Virus record (IMG/VR): IMGVR_UViG_3300024358_000010
Length of the DNA stretch: 64,000 nucleotides
Strand: one strand, 5' to 3'
Source: a virus
Of this stretch, positions 1 to 7,989 are shown piece by piece (the first letter of the stretch is position 1; every line of letters begins with the position of its first letter). The notes beneath the pieces were generated by a model. It saw nothing but the letters and a program-made list of their open reading frames with translations. It made no database searches and was not told the origin of the DNA. Made by a program: the position numbers and the translations under genes.

Positions 1-749
1 CTGAATACGCCGTTGCCCACTAGGCGCAGCGCGTCACCATGCCTAAACTCGTAAACCGCGTCCGCTACCTGACCAGAGCGAATAATGTTCTTGGATAAAG
101 TTTCCAACTGCTCAACCTTAAGCAGATCTTTTATGGATTTGTTAGTTTTTGCCAGGCGAGATTTTAAATAGTGTGCCATAGAGTCAATACAGCAGTCGCG
201 CAACTTATTAAAATCGATCTCATCGATGTCATAAAAACCAACGTCAGATAATTCCGGTGTCGCTCTAAAAGTCGGAGTGTGATCTAGTCGAACTACATAA
301 GTACGATCTTTACCGTCTTCGTAAAGATCTCTCAGCAGATCCTTATCTATCTTGACACCGGTTTCTTCTTCTAATTCGCGAACAGCTGCATCTTTGTGAG
401 ATTCACCGTCATCTACGTGGCCACCAGGAAAAGACCATCTATAGTCGTCTTTAACTTGACGACCCATGAGAAGCTGGCCTTTATCGTTAACCACTATTAC
501 AGCAGCGCCACCTGCTGACTTTTCAAGTTTCTTTTTATGCTTTTCTTTATGCCGTTTATGAGCGCCATGGTTCCATTTTCCACCATGATGCGCTTTGCCT
601 TTATCTTCCGGCAGATCTTTATCAGATCCAGAATATTTTTCTGCAATAGATTTTGGAGGCCCGTTGTCGCCGCGCGATGTGTTTCCTGACTTGCCATGAA
701 GTATGGCCATCATCATGCGGTATTGTTTTTTAGAAGCGAACGCGGGCAT
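1..749 (-). CDS. Nudix hydrolase domain protein (3' end runs off the window; missing from the ORF track)
   Basis: Manual translation from ATG at 749 (GAGG upstream) gives MPAFASKKQYRMMM...WSFPGGHVDDGESHKDAAVRELEEETG, a complete Nudix box GX5EX7REUXEEXG. Confidence 0.85.
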   Translation of the reverse strand, partial: MPAFASKKQYRMMMAILHGKSGNTSRGDNGPPKSIAEKYSGSDKDLPEDKGKAHHGGKWNHGAHKRHKEKHKKKLEKSAGGAAVIVVNDKGQLLMGRQVKDDYRWSFPGGHVDDGESHKDAAVRELEEETGVKIDKDLLRDLYEDGKDRTYVVRLDHTPTFRATPELSDVGFYDIDEIDFNKLRDCCIDSMAHYLKSRLAKTNKSIKDLLKVEQLETLSKNIIRSGQVADAVYEFRHGDALRLVGNGVF

Positions 750-790
750 ATCTTACAACCTCTTAGGACCATTATATATTAATGCAAAAG

Positions 791-1609
791 TTAACTACCG
801 ATACCTGCTACTAATTTCTCTGGCTTATTAACCAAAAAGTCTCTCTTTATAACTAGTTGCTGCGGAAGTCTGACCGACATCTTTGTACCATCTGGCATCA
901 TCTGCTGAGTCACGCGAAGCTCCCGCATCGGCTGCAGAACGATATAAACCGGGTTTGCCCAGTATGAAACTGAATACGTCTGACCAATGTCGCTTATGTG
1001 GTCGTAGTTAGGCGTATGCCCAGGAATCCACTTAATATGGCCGTCTTCTATTGTAAAGTCGACGCCCTGCACAAACTCAACAACTTCGCTATCCGTTGCG
1101 GTTATTAGATAACCTACTTTTTCTATTGGGTATCTCAACTGTTGAAGATTGTCTGGTCGAGGCTCGTACTCCTTCAACTCCCACAACCTAACAGTATAGT
1201 CTAAAACTTCTAATTTATCGTACAGCGTAAAGTCAGCCTGCTCACCATCAGGGTATTCAGACGGCATAGTCACCGTTGCGCTACCTATTTCCCATGCGCC
1301 CTGGTATTCAAACTGCTTCTCTACTGAATTTGAAGAGAGTATCCCTACTATTTCTTTTGGATCATAGTATATGATGCCAGACCCGTCACACTGCTCGCAT
1401 GTTGGGTCATGGGAGTTATTATCTAATACTTTTAGATTTGGGCAGGGTAAGCTTTTATAATGTCTGAATCTTATCCCCCTCGCTACAAGAAGCTGATCAA
1501 AGTTTTGCTTGTAGCTAGAAGGGTCAGGCAGGACCTGCGGAAACATCGGGGGAGTAGACGTCGCTCCGGGCGCGAACACATGGTTTGGTTTTGACATCGT
1601 CTCCGACAT
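791..1609 (-). CDS. putative virion head-completion/neck protein
   Basis: 272 aa with CP..(x)..CxxCxGxG near the N-terminus, resembling structural proteins of large myoviruses; lies on the minus (structural) strand. Confidence 0.45.
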   Translation of the reverse strand: MSETMSKPNHVFAPGATSTPPMFPQVLPDPSSYKQNFDQLLVARGIRFRHYKSLPCPNLKVLDNNSHDPTCEQCDGSGIIYYDPKEIVGILSSNSVEKQFEYQGAWEIGSATVTMPSEYPDGEQADFTLYDKLEVLDYTVRLWELKEYEPRPDNLQQLRYPIEKVGYLITATDSEVVEFVQGVDFTIEDGHIKWIPGHTPNYDHISDIGQTYSVSYWANPVYIVLQPMRELRVTQQMMPDGTKMSVRLPQQLVIKRDFLVNKPEKLVAGIGS

Positions 1610-1650
1610 AAAATACTCCTAAGGTCTCTAATAAATTATACTGGGACTAA

Positions 1651-1917
1651 GTGGTGGACAAAGGCACAGATATACTTCAAAAAATAGCAGACACGGGCGA
1701 CTGCGAGCTTCTAGGGGAGAATCCCTGCTCCAAGTGTCCGCTTGCTAGACTGAAAAAACGTCCCGATGGTATGGGCTGGCTCAGCTGCTTTGAAGCTATT
1801 GGTGCCCCAGACTTCCAAGATATCCGCGCTAAGTATAAAAGAGCAGCTGAGGCCAAATTAATCGAGATGGCCATAGAGAGCGCGATAAATAATGAAGCGG
1901 AAAAATTGGATAACTGA
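1651..1917 (+). CDS. Cys-rich hypothetical protein
   Basis: 88-aa ORF with C-x6-CxxC..C. Confidence 0.5.
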   Translation: MVDKGTDILQKIADTGDCELLGENPCSKCPLARLKKRPDGMGWLSCFEAIGAPDFQDIRAKYKRAAEAKLIEMAIESAINNEAEKLDN

Positions 1918-2024
1918 TATCTTTAACTTAGAAGCGTCCAATACGGTCTATTTCATGTTTACACTTTACCGAATGATGGTCGTAGGTAAGAGTGCGCCGC
2001 ATGACGCTATGAAGGTGGTGCAAG

Positions 2025-2570
2025 ATGGTGCGAAAATTAAACGGTAACGGTCTAACCCTCATAAAATCTTTCGAGGGGTGCAAATTAGAAGCCTATCCAG
2101 ATCCTGCATCCCCTTTGGCCATAGAGATGAGAAGGCCGCCGAACGCAAGAAGGCCTGGGTGGGAGTCGCTGTCGGGTTCACCTTGGACCATCGGGTGGGG
2201 TTCGACCGGCTTAGACACGTTCAACCTGACACCAGACGGAAAACCTAGCCAGATAGGTCCGGGCACCAAGTGGACGCAGGCTCAAGCGGATGAAAGAAAA
2301 TCTGCGGATCTTGATAAGTTTTGCTCAGACGTTTCTAAGCTGCTGAAGATTGAGGTGACTGATAACCAGTTCGCCGCGCTGGTAAGCTTCGCGTACAACG
2401 CAGGCGTGGGCAATTTGAAAAGCTCTACCTTACTTAGACTGGTCAACCAGGGCAAGCATCTTGAAGCGTCAAACGAGTTTCTCAGGTGGACCAAGGCTCA
2501 GGGCAAAGAGCTTCCGGGCCTAGTCAGAAGGCGCGAAGCCGAGCGCCGCCTTTTCCTCACGCCCGGCTGA
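2025..2570 (+). CDS. GH24 lysozyme (endolysin)
   Basis: IKSFEG..L.AYPD, TIGWG, QFAALVSFAYNAG and GLVRRREAERRLF motifs; ~25-aa insertion after the catalytic Asp. Confidence 0.93.
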   Translation: MVRKLNGNGLTLIKSFEGCKLEAYPDPASPLAIEMRRPPNARRPGWESLSGSPWTIGWGSTGLDTFNLTPDGKPSQIGPGTKWTQAQADERKSADLDKFCSDVSKLLKIEVTDNQFAALVSFAYNAGVGNLKSSTLLRLVNQGKHLEASNEFLRWTKAQGKELPGLVRRREAERRLFLTPG

Positions 2571-2626
2571 TCGGTTTTTAGTTTTTATTTTGTGTTTTAA
2601 TCTAGTAATTTTAACTATTTACCACA

Positions 2627-3232
2627 ATGCCACGCTTAAGCTTGCAGCAAAAACGACAAGAAAACATATCGATCCTATCGCAGTCGCTGCCGTCAACTGA
2701 CCCGAATGCCTACGTGATCGAGCGGCGCGACTATTCCCGGAGCAACTCCGACGAGCGCCTCTACAAAACTAAGTGGTGGCCGACGCTGATGCGGCTCTAC
2801 GACTGCCGGTGCGCGCTGTGCGGTGCGGACCGCGACGGTATCGAGCTGGATCACTTCTGGATACCCAAGTCCCACGGCGGCAACCTCCTCCTCCGTCACC
2901 AGCTGACCAACCAGATCATCAACAACGGCGTGCCACTCTGCACGGCCTGCAACCGCCACAAGCAAGAGTCGATCGCCAAGCTCAACGATTCCCAGCTCGT
3001 GCGGATCGCCGACGCCAACCGCGAGATCACGGCCATGATAAACGGCGTTGCCGCCGTGGAGCCGCTGGCCAAGCTTCACCGCTATGAACCCGGCGATGAG
3101 CGTCGAGCGCTGGGCGTTGAGTCGGGCAGCGTGCTGTATATGGCTAGACTTTACAAAGCAGACCCCAGGCCGGAAACGCTTGAAAGTTTAAAAAGATATA
3201 TAGATCACTATCTACTGGTCCGGGAGGACTGA
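2627..3232 (+). CDS. HNH endonuclease
   Basis: CALCG...ELDHFWIPKSHGG...NGVPLCTACNRHK. Confidence 0.85.
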   Translation: MPRLSLQQKRQENISILSQSLPSTDPNAYVIERRDYSRSNSDERLYKTKWWPTLMRLYDCRCALCGADRDGIELDHFWIPKSHGGNLLLRHQLTNQIINNGVPLCTACNRHKQESIAKLNDSQLVRIADANREITAMINGVAAVEPLAKLHRYEPGDERRALGVESGSVLYMARLYKADPRPETLESLKRYIDHYLLVRED

Positions 3233-3234
3233 GC

Positions 3235-3411
3235 ATGGACTCGGCATATCTGGAGAATTACCTCAAGCGCGAGGGTCTCAGCGTGTGGCGGCTGCGCAGG
3301 CTGATACTGACCGTGAGGGTGCTGCGCCTTGCATCGTTCGATCCCGCGAACGGCGGACTAGCAGACATGGAAGCCTCGTTCAGCAGGAGGTGGGCAGATG
3401 CGCACGCATGA
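3235..3411 (+). CDS. small hypothetical protein (58 aa)
   Basis: GGAGG RBS; MDSAYLENYLKREGLSVWRLRRLILTVRVLRL... Confidence 0.55.
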   Translation: MDSAYLENYLKREGLSVWRLRRLILTVRVLRLASFDPANGGLADMEASFSRRWADAHA

Positions 3412-3685
3412 TTTTTGGCGCTTGGATAGCTTTTTAGATGTTGCCCTGAAGATGAGGATGCTGAGCAAGAGGTCGGCCGCTTTGGTAGCGTATGGCTTTG
3501 CGGATGTACTTTAGCCGCTGAGAGCATGCAACAAGGGACCCTACTTTTATTAGGGAGGGTAGCGGGTGGGTATGGGCCGGGCCTTTAATCGGGTGGTTCC
3601 ACCTTTATAGAGTATTTGCGCTGCGGGGACCCCATTTTCCGAGGGATTCCTTAGTGTTCTGGAGGCTAGCGGGTATTTCCGAGTC

Positions 3686-3808
3686 TATTATTAAATATAA
3701 TTAATTAAATAATTAAAATTAATTAATTATTAAATTTAATTAAAATTAATTATATAAATCTGAAACTATTAATATATATAATTAAATAATAATAAATATT
3801 ATTATATA
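3686..3808. other. extreme A/T-rich block (candidate origin, unwinding element or genome-end marker)
   Basis: 123 bp with only 3 G/C, built from TTAATTAA/TATAAT-like words; directly precedes the early-like cassette array. Confidence 0.6.
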
Positions 3809-3845
3809 GAGACTGGTGCCAATCAACACTATTGGGAGGTGTACT

Positions 3846-4217
3846 ATGGACAAGTTTGCCAGCCAACAAGCAGCCTTGCGTGCAGCCCTGACAATTGTGC
3901 TTGGATCCGAGCCTGTCAAGGGCCAACTGGTCATCACCGACGAGCAGCGTGCCGCCGTGGGACAATTGATGATGCAGTGGTTGAGGGAGGAGCGCTGGAC
4001 GATCAAGGAGGGTACGCGCGCCGCGGCCGAACCTATGATGTACATAACTGGTCGCAGGCCGACCGACCTGATCCAAGCCTGGGTGAACCCCAGGAAGAAG
4101 GAGAAGAGTGAGGAGGTTGGTGGTGACAAGCTCGCCCTCATCAAGCAGGCAGTTGACGCTGGGCTGATGAGCAAGGAGCAGGCGCAAGAGCTGATCATGA
4201 AGTTCCTGGCTGCGTGA
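3846..4217 (+). CDS. early-like protein, divergent member of the four-gene paralog family (with 5714, 9509, 25959)
   Basis: GGAGG RBS before ATG 3846; SQxxA N-terminus and a YITG...W segment align with the other paralogs. Confidence 0.65.
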   Translation: MDKFASQQAALRAALTIVLGSEPVKGQLVITDEQRAAVGQLMMQWLREERWTIKEGTRAAAEPMMYITGRRPTDLIQAWVNPRKKEKSEEVGGDKLALIKQAVDAGLMSKEQAQELIMKFLAA

Positions 4218-4235
4218 TCTGTAGCAGTGTCGGGC

Positions 4236-4257
4236 GGGACTCACGGATCCGAGTCCC
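4236..4257 (+). promoter_or_regulatory. GGA-loop hairpin 1 (CsrA/Rsm-site-like, 8-nt loop variant)
   Basis: GGGACTC-ACGGATCC-GAGTCCC, 18 nt after stop 4217. Confidence 0.7.
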
Positions 4258-4287
4258 CTAGAGGCAACCCGAAACTAGGAGGTAGCT

Positions 4288-4356
4288 ATGATCATTGAGA
4301 TAGCGCTGACGATAGCGACGATCATCGTGTGCAACCTGCTGCTCCGCGCAGCGTAA
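4288..4356 (+). CDS. 22-aa hydrophobic micropeptide
   Basis: AGGAGG RBS; MIIEIALTIATIIVCNLLLRAA. Confidence 0.55.
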   Translation: MIIEIALTIATIIVCNLLLRAA

Positions 4357-4370
4357 CCAGGAGGTCCGAT

Positions 4371-4595
4371 ATGAGAGTGCAGTTCAAGTCAAGGCACGAG
4401 GCAACCATCTCCTTCACGGCCGAGTCGTTCGAGAAGCTGATGTCTAAGCAGTTCGACGAGCTCGAGTGCGTGATGGTCGACGAGCGGGTGATCGTGATCA
4501 CGAGGTCGCAGCTCGTGTTCCTGTGGGCTAAGACGCGCGACTGGCGCAAGGTGCCGCACTCCAGCACTATGGTGAAGATACTGAAAGTAGCGTAG
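4371..4595 (+). CDS. hypothetical protein
   Basis: AGGAGG RBS before ATG 4371. Confidence 0.7.
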   Translation: MRVQFKSRHEATISFTAESFEKLMSKQFDELECVMVDERVIVITRSQLVFLWAKTRDWRKVPHSSTMVKILKVA

Positions 4596-4602
4596 CTGTT
4601 AT

Positions 4603-4620
4603 GGGCTCACGGATGAGCCC
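4603..4620 (+). promoter_or_regulatory. GGA-loop hairpin 2
   Basis: GGGCTC-ACGGAT-GAGCCC, 7 nt after stop. Confidence 0.8.
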
Positions 4621-4650
4621 CTAGAGGCAACCCGAAACTAGGAGGTTATT

Positions 4651-5025
4651 ATGAGCAGCAACAACGACATCATCCAAGTGATCATGAACGACCTCAACGC
4701 CCACCCGCAGCGCGGCCGCATCGACGTGATGGACCCGCTGGCGGATGAAATGGGCCTCGACAGCGTTCTGCCCGGCGACGTCGTGATCGCGCCCGACTTC
4801 GATGACGATGAGCTGTGTGCCGCCGGCGACACCGACGGCGTGAACGAGCTGGCCGAATGGTACAACGGCACGCTGTACATCCAGATCGACCGGGTGATGA
4901 ACTCGCTCGGGTACGAGATGATCCACGAGAACGACGGCAGCGGCGGCGGACTCTACTACGGCATAGTCCAGTACCGCAAGCGGTTTCTGACCGACACCAC
5001 GACCCGGCTGCGCATCGTCAAGTAA
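4651..5025 (+). CDS. acidic hypothetical protein
   Basis: 124 aa with AGGAGG RBS. Confidence 0.75.
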   Translation: MSSNNDIIQVIMNDLNAHPQRGRIDVMDPLADEMGLDSVLPGDVVIAPDFDDDELCAAGDTDGVNELAEWYNGTLYIQIDRVMNSLGYEMIHENDGSGGGLYYGIVQYRKRFLTDTTTRLRIVK

Positions 5026-5032
5026 TCTTTGT

Positions 5033-5050
5033 GGGCTCACGGATGAGCCT
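5033..5050 (+). promoter_or_regulatory. GGA-loop hairpin 3
   Basis: GGGCTC-ACGGAT-GAGCCT, 7 nt after stop. Confidence 0.8.
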
Positions 5051-5117
5051 TCTGTAGCAGTGTCGCCCGCATTCGCCATCCCCGAAACTATTATCAAGTA
5101 TAATAAGGAGATGCAAC

Positions 5118-5387
5118 ATGAGCAACCAAAACCTTATCACCCAGATCAAGCAGTTCTTGGACTCAAACGACTCAGCACCTGGCGCTCGCTGCTTTGTGCT
5201 GCAGCACATCCGCGATGTGCCTGATACTGAGTTCAGTGCGATCTATGAAGAGTCTGAGGGTGTCAATGACACAGAGCGCAACGCGCTGATCGATTCCATG
5301 ACTGATGCGCAATTGCTGGAGCTGTCTGCGAGCTTGCTCGAGATCGCCAGCGAGAAGATCCTGTATCTTGAAGACTCTGTACGGTAA
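5118..5387 (+). CDS. hypothetical protein
   Basis: AAGGAG RBS; CCGAAAC motif at 5081. Confidence 0.75.
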   Translation: MSNQNLITQIKQFLDSNDSAPGARCFVLQHIRDVPDTEFSAIYEESEGVNDTERNALIDSMTDAQLLELSASLLEIASEKILYLEDSVR

Positions 5388-5410
5388 CCAACTCAACTAA
5401 GGAGGTCAAC

Positions 5411-5611
5411 ATGTACGCCTTGAATGTCCGCTCTCCTGACTATGAGACTGCTATCGGGTTCGGGCCCACATGCGACGGTGTTGTCAAGATTATGCTGGTC
5501 GACGTGATGAGCGTCCGCGATCAAGTCTACTTCTACATCGCTGAGGATCTACTTGCCAACCTCGCTGAGGGTGAGATCTTGCCGCCAAACAGTCTACTGA
5601 CTATCTGCTGA
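5411..5611 (+). CDS. hypothetical protein
   Basis: AGGAGGTCAAC-ATG RBS. Confidence 0.7.
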   Translation: MYALNVRSPDYETAIGFGPTCDGVVKIMLVDVMSVRDQVYFYIAEDLLANLAEGEILPPNSLLTIC

Positions 5612-5618
5612 TTATCTC

Positions 5619-5636
5619 GGGCTCACGGATGAGCCC
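5619..5636 (+). promoter_or_regulatory. GGA-loop hairpin 4
   Basis: GGGCTC-ACGGAT-GAGCCC, 7 nt after stop. Confidence 0.8.
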
Positions 5637-5713
5637 AACTATCTCCGAAATTAACATTAAATATAAATGATGACGATCAAGTTAATCAACCAACCAAATA
5701 TCAGGAGAACAAC

Positions 5714-6220
5714 ATGAGCAAGCTATCACAACACGCCGCAGTCGTCCAAGTCACCCAAGCCCACTTCGGTGAGCGCTTCATCCCCGGCTCCGACATCAAA
5801 GAGATCGCGACCAAGTCCGACAAGCAAGTCATCGCCACCAAGATCGCCGAGATGATGCTCGAAGGTGCGGTCGAGCTGAGCGATGGCGCCCGAGCCAAGT
5901 ACGGCGAGTCCGCCGAGACCCTAACGAGCAAGTACGTGGTCGGCATGGTCACCAACTGGTTCAACAAGTCCAAGGAGCTTAACGGTGGCGTCAAGTACGA
6001 AGCCAAGAATCCTGGCTCGCGGTTCGGTGCCGGTGATGCGCAGCTGAAAGAGCTCAACCTCCTCCGCAAGCAGCTCGTCGAGATCGGCAACGAAGACGGC
6101 GTCGCGCGGTGTGACGAAGCCATCGCGCAGCGCAAAGAGTTCCTGCGCGAACAGAACCAGCCGAAAGTTGAGATCAACGCAGACAACCTCCCAGCTAACC
6201 TTCGCGATCTAGTCGGTTAA
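5714..6220 (+). CDS. early-like protein, paralog family (YVxGxxxNWFNKxxxLNGG)
   Basis: Strong similarity to 9509..10033 (NWFNK..LNGG.KYEAKNPGSR, RCDEAIAQR.EFL). Confidence 0.85.
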   Translation: MSKLSQHAAVVQVTQAHFGERFIPGSDIKEIATKSDKQVIATKIAEMMLEGAVELSDGARAKYGESAETLTSKYVVGMVTNWFNKSKELNGGVKYEAKNPGSRFGAGDAQLKELNLLRKQLVEIGNEDGVARCDEAIAQRKEFLREQNQPKVEINADNLPANLRDLVG

Positions 6221-6230
6221 TCAGCAGCGC

Positions 6231-6256
6231 GGATGAGCTCACGGACGAGCTCATCC
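6231..6256 (+). promoter_or_regulatory. GGA-loop hairpin 5
   Basis: GGATGAGCTC-ACGGAC-GAGCTCATCC (10-bp stem), 10 nt after stop. Confidence 0.8.
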
Positions 6257-6318
6257 TTCGCTTCTTCTGATCTTATTAATTAATATGATCAACAACTAAC
6301 TACGAAAGCGAGATCAAC

Positions 6319-6576
6319 ATGAGCAACGCACAGCACATCTTAGACAACTGTGATCTTCTCGTTAAAGCTGACTGCAAGATCGTTGATGACGTTGTGTACG
6401 AGCGCTGTAAGTTTGTTGACCCTCTGTTTACAAAGTCTGAGTTCGTAAATACTGATACTGAGACATACTATCTGAACGACGATGATCACGTGTATCGCTT
6501 CTTCATCACTGACGACGACTACGACTATGTGACTGACGCTGAGACTGTAAGCAAGCTCAACGATCTCTTCAAGTGA
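6319..6576 (+). CDS. acidic hypothetical protein
   Basis: 85-aa ORF between hairpins. Confidence 0.7.
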   Translation: MSNAQHILDNCDLLVKADCKIVDDVVYERCKFVDPLFTKSEFVNTDTETYYLNDDDHVYRFFITDDDYDYVTDAETVSKLNDLFK

Positions 6577-6583
6577 TCTGATC

Positions 6584-6605
6584 GCGAGCTCGAAGATGAG
6601 CTCGC
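6584..6605 (+). promoter_or_regulatory. hairpin 6 (variant loop GAAGAT, no GGA)
   Basis: GCGAGCTC-GAAGAT-GAGCTCGC, 7 nt after stop. Confidence 0.65.
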
Positions 6606-6835
6606 TTCTCTTCTCAAACCCAGCAACCACTCAGGAGACGCTATGAAAATCAATGATCGAGTGTCTACTCCAGAAGGTGATGGTGTTGTTGTTAGTTTAT
6701 CCATAGACAATGATATGTTTGAGAGCGAAGAAGGACCCAACATCTGTGTTCAACTAGATTCTGGGGATGTGCTTTACTTTTATAGCGATGAGTTAACTAC
6801 TTAAGCTTAGACTCACAACCGCTCAGGAGGTCAGC

Positions 6836-7111
6836 ATGTTTACGAGTGAAGATCTTGGTGGTCACGTCATTAAAGTTGATACTGTACTCCGCTATGATGA
6901 CAGCGACCGATCCCATATCCTCGTGCTGTCTGATACTGACTCTGATGGTCTAGTCCACATCTACTACGGACCAAGTCTGGCAGATGCGCTGCAAGAAATA
7001 TCTGAGCTGGTTGACTCCTCTGAGATGGCAACCTTAAGCAACCAGCTCAATACGTACCTGAGTGAGTATCACTCCAGCTTCTTAGCTCAACAACAAAGGA
7101 GGTCAACATGA
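6836..7111 (+). CDS. hypothetical protein
   Basis: AGGAGGTCAGC-ATG. Confidence 0.7.
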   Translation: MFTSEDLGGHVIKVDTVLRYDDSDRSHILVLSDTDSDGLVHIYYGPSLADALQEISELVDSSEMATLSNQLNTYLSEYHSSFLAQQQRRST

Positions 7112-7317
7112 TAACCAAGCGAGACATAGTGCGGATGGCGATGGTGTCGGCTGACAGCATGACAACCAACGTGTATGATCTTGACTACTACCGAGCGCGG
7201 ATCAAGTTCGTCGACGACTACCAGCCAAGCAAACCAACCACCAAGTTCAAGACCGACCGCGAGCGAGTTAAAGAGTTGCAGAAGAAGAATAACAACTACA
7301 AAGATATCCGCAGTTAA
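7108..7317 (+). CDS. hypothetical protein
   Basis: AGGAGGTCAAC-ATG; followed by hairpin GGTGCAGC-ctcaa-GCTGCACC (7324-7344). Confidence 0.7.
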   Translation: MITKRDIVRMAMVSADSMTTNVYDLDYYRARIKFVDDYQPSKPTTKFKTDRERVKELQKKNNNYKDIRS

Positions 7318-7597
7318 CCGTCTGGTGCAGCCTCAAGCTGCACCGACACTGCTACGCCCAAGCCCGCCACAGCGCGCCGGTTGTTTCCGAAACTATTAAT
7401 TAATATAATTAAGGAGGTCAAAATGAAAGTTATACTGTCGAACAGTGACGATAGTCTAGGGATCGGTAAAATCCTAGTCTTTGAAGAAAACGACGTGTCG
7501 ATATCGATCTCCTCAGAAGAGGAGTGGTGTGTAGTCGATCACTCCGATAATGATCGTTGTTACTACGGGTACGATCTGGTTAAACTCTAAAGTAAAT

Positions 7598-7617
7598 TGG
7601 GGTCATGGATGACCCCA
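7598..7617 (+). promoter_or_regulatory. GGA-loop hairpin 7
   Basis: TGGGGTC-ATGGAT-GACCCCA, 7 nt after stop 7590. Confidence 0.8.
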
Positions 7618-7666
7618 CTTGAGTTTCCGAAACCAATCTTACATGTGAATAACTCAGGAGGTCAAA

Positions 7667-7936
7667 ATGATAGCAAATGTCAAACTTGAAGGCACTATCA
7701 ACCGCATCGTTACTCTTGCTGGACACCGCTTTGAAGCGTTTGATGAGTCATTCCGCTTCGCAGATGGCCCTAACTGCGACGAGTACGTAGCCGACCATGA
7801 TCTCAAACTAGCCGAACAATTAGACTCACTGTGTGAATTGTTTGCTGTCACCGATAACCAAGACGTCAGCTATGATGTTGACCTTGCAACAAAACAGATC
7901 TCCAACCTTAAAGTTGAATTAGTTGATCTCGACTAG
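7667..7936 (+). CDS. hypothetical protein
   Basis: AGGAGGTCAAA-ATG; TCCGAAAC at 7626. Confidence 0.75.
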   Translation: MIANVKLEGTINRIVTLAGHRFEAFDESFRFADGPNCDEYVADHDLKLAEQLDSLCELFAVTDNQDVSYDVDLATKQISNLKVELVDLD

Positions 7937-7953
7937 ACCTTCGGAGGGCGCTC

Positions 7954-7973
7954 GGGACTCACGGATGAGTCCC
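7954..7973 (+). promoter_or_regulatory. GGA-loop hairpin 8
   Basis: GGGACTC-ACGGAT-GAGTCCC, 17 nt after stop. Confidence 0.8.
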
Positions 7974-7979
7974 ACTACC

Positions 7980-7989
7980 TCCGAATCAA
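7980..7989 (+). promoter_or_regulatory. conserved promoter-like motif TCCGAATCAA (representative copy)
   Basis: Exact 10-mer at 7980, 8691, 19591, 20019, 21213, 35887, 40932, 44600 and 53479, plus variants; mostly 33-48 nt upstream of plus-strand starts. Confidence 0.8.

Larger units (their letters stand above)
4255..4646 (+). repeat. 29-bp identical direct repeat CCCCTAGAGGCAACCCGAAACTAGGAGGT (4255-4283 and 4618-4646)
   Basis: Exact duplicate linking hairpin, CCGAAAC motif and RBS. Confidence 0.9.

Noticed and set aside
4371-4595. Possible phage CsrA homolog beside the hairpins
   Set aside because: Lacks the MLxLxR..GE and V.IGI.AP..V.I.R.E motifs; no CsrA-like ORF was seen in this window.
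4608-4640. Hammerhead-like CGGATGAG...CGAAAC
   Set aside because: Core is CGGAUGA rather than CUGAUGA and no stem II closes onto GAAA; CGAAAC belongs to the promoter-like motif.
5081-5120. TATAAT in early cassettes as a sigma70 -10 box
   Set aside because: Only 12 nt from the CCGA box and abutting the Shine-Dalgarno, so +1 would fall in the RBS; no TTGACA at 17 bp. Disfavoured but not excluded.
2693-6186. Long antisense ORFs (e.g. 2693-3079, 3750-4244, 4621-5097, 5701-6186) and similar shadows over nrdA/B, vWA and FN3 genes
   Set aside because: They overlap better-supported genes with RBSs or motifs and are explained by codon bias.
4236-7973. Hairpin repeats as a CRISPR array
   Set aside because: Spacing is 350-1000 bp with whole genes between, repeats are only 18-26 nt with variable stems, and there are no cas genes.
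4236-7973. Hairpins as integron attC sites
   Set aside because: Too short, no RYYYAAC/GTTRRRY ends, no integrase, and cassettes carry their own promoter-like motifs.
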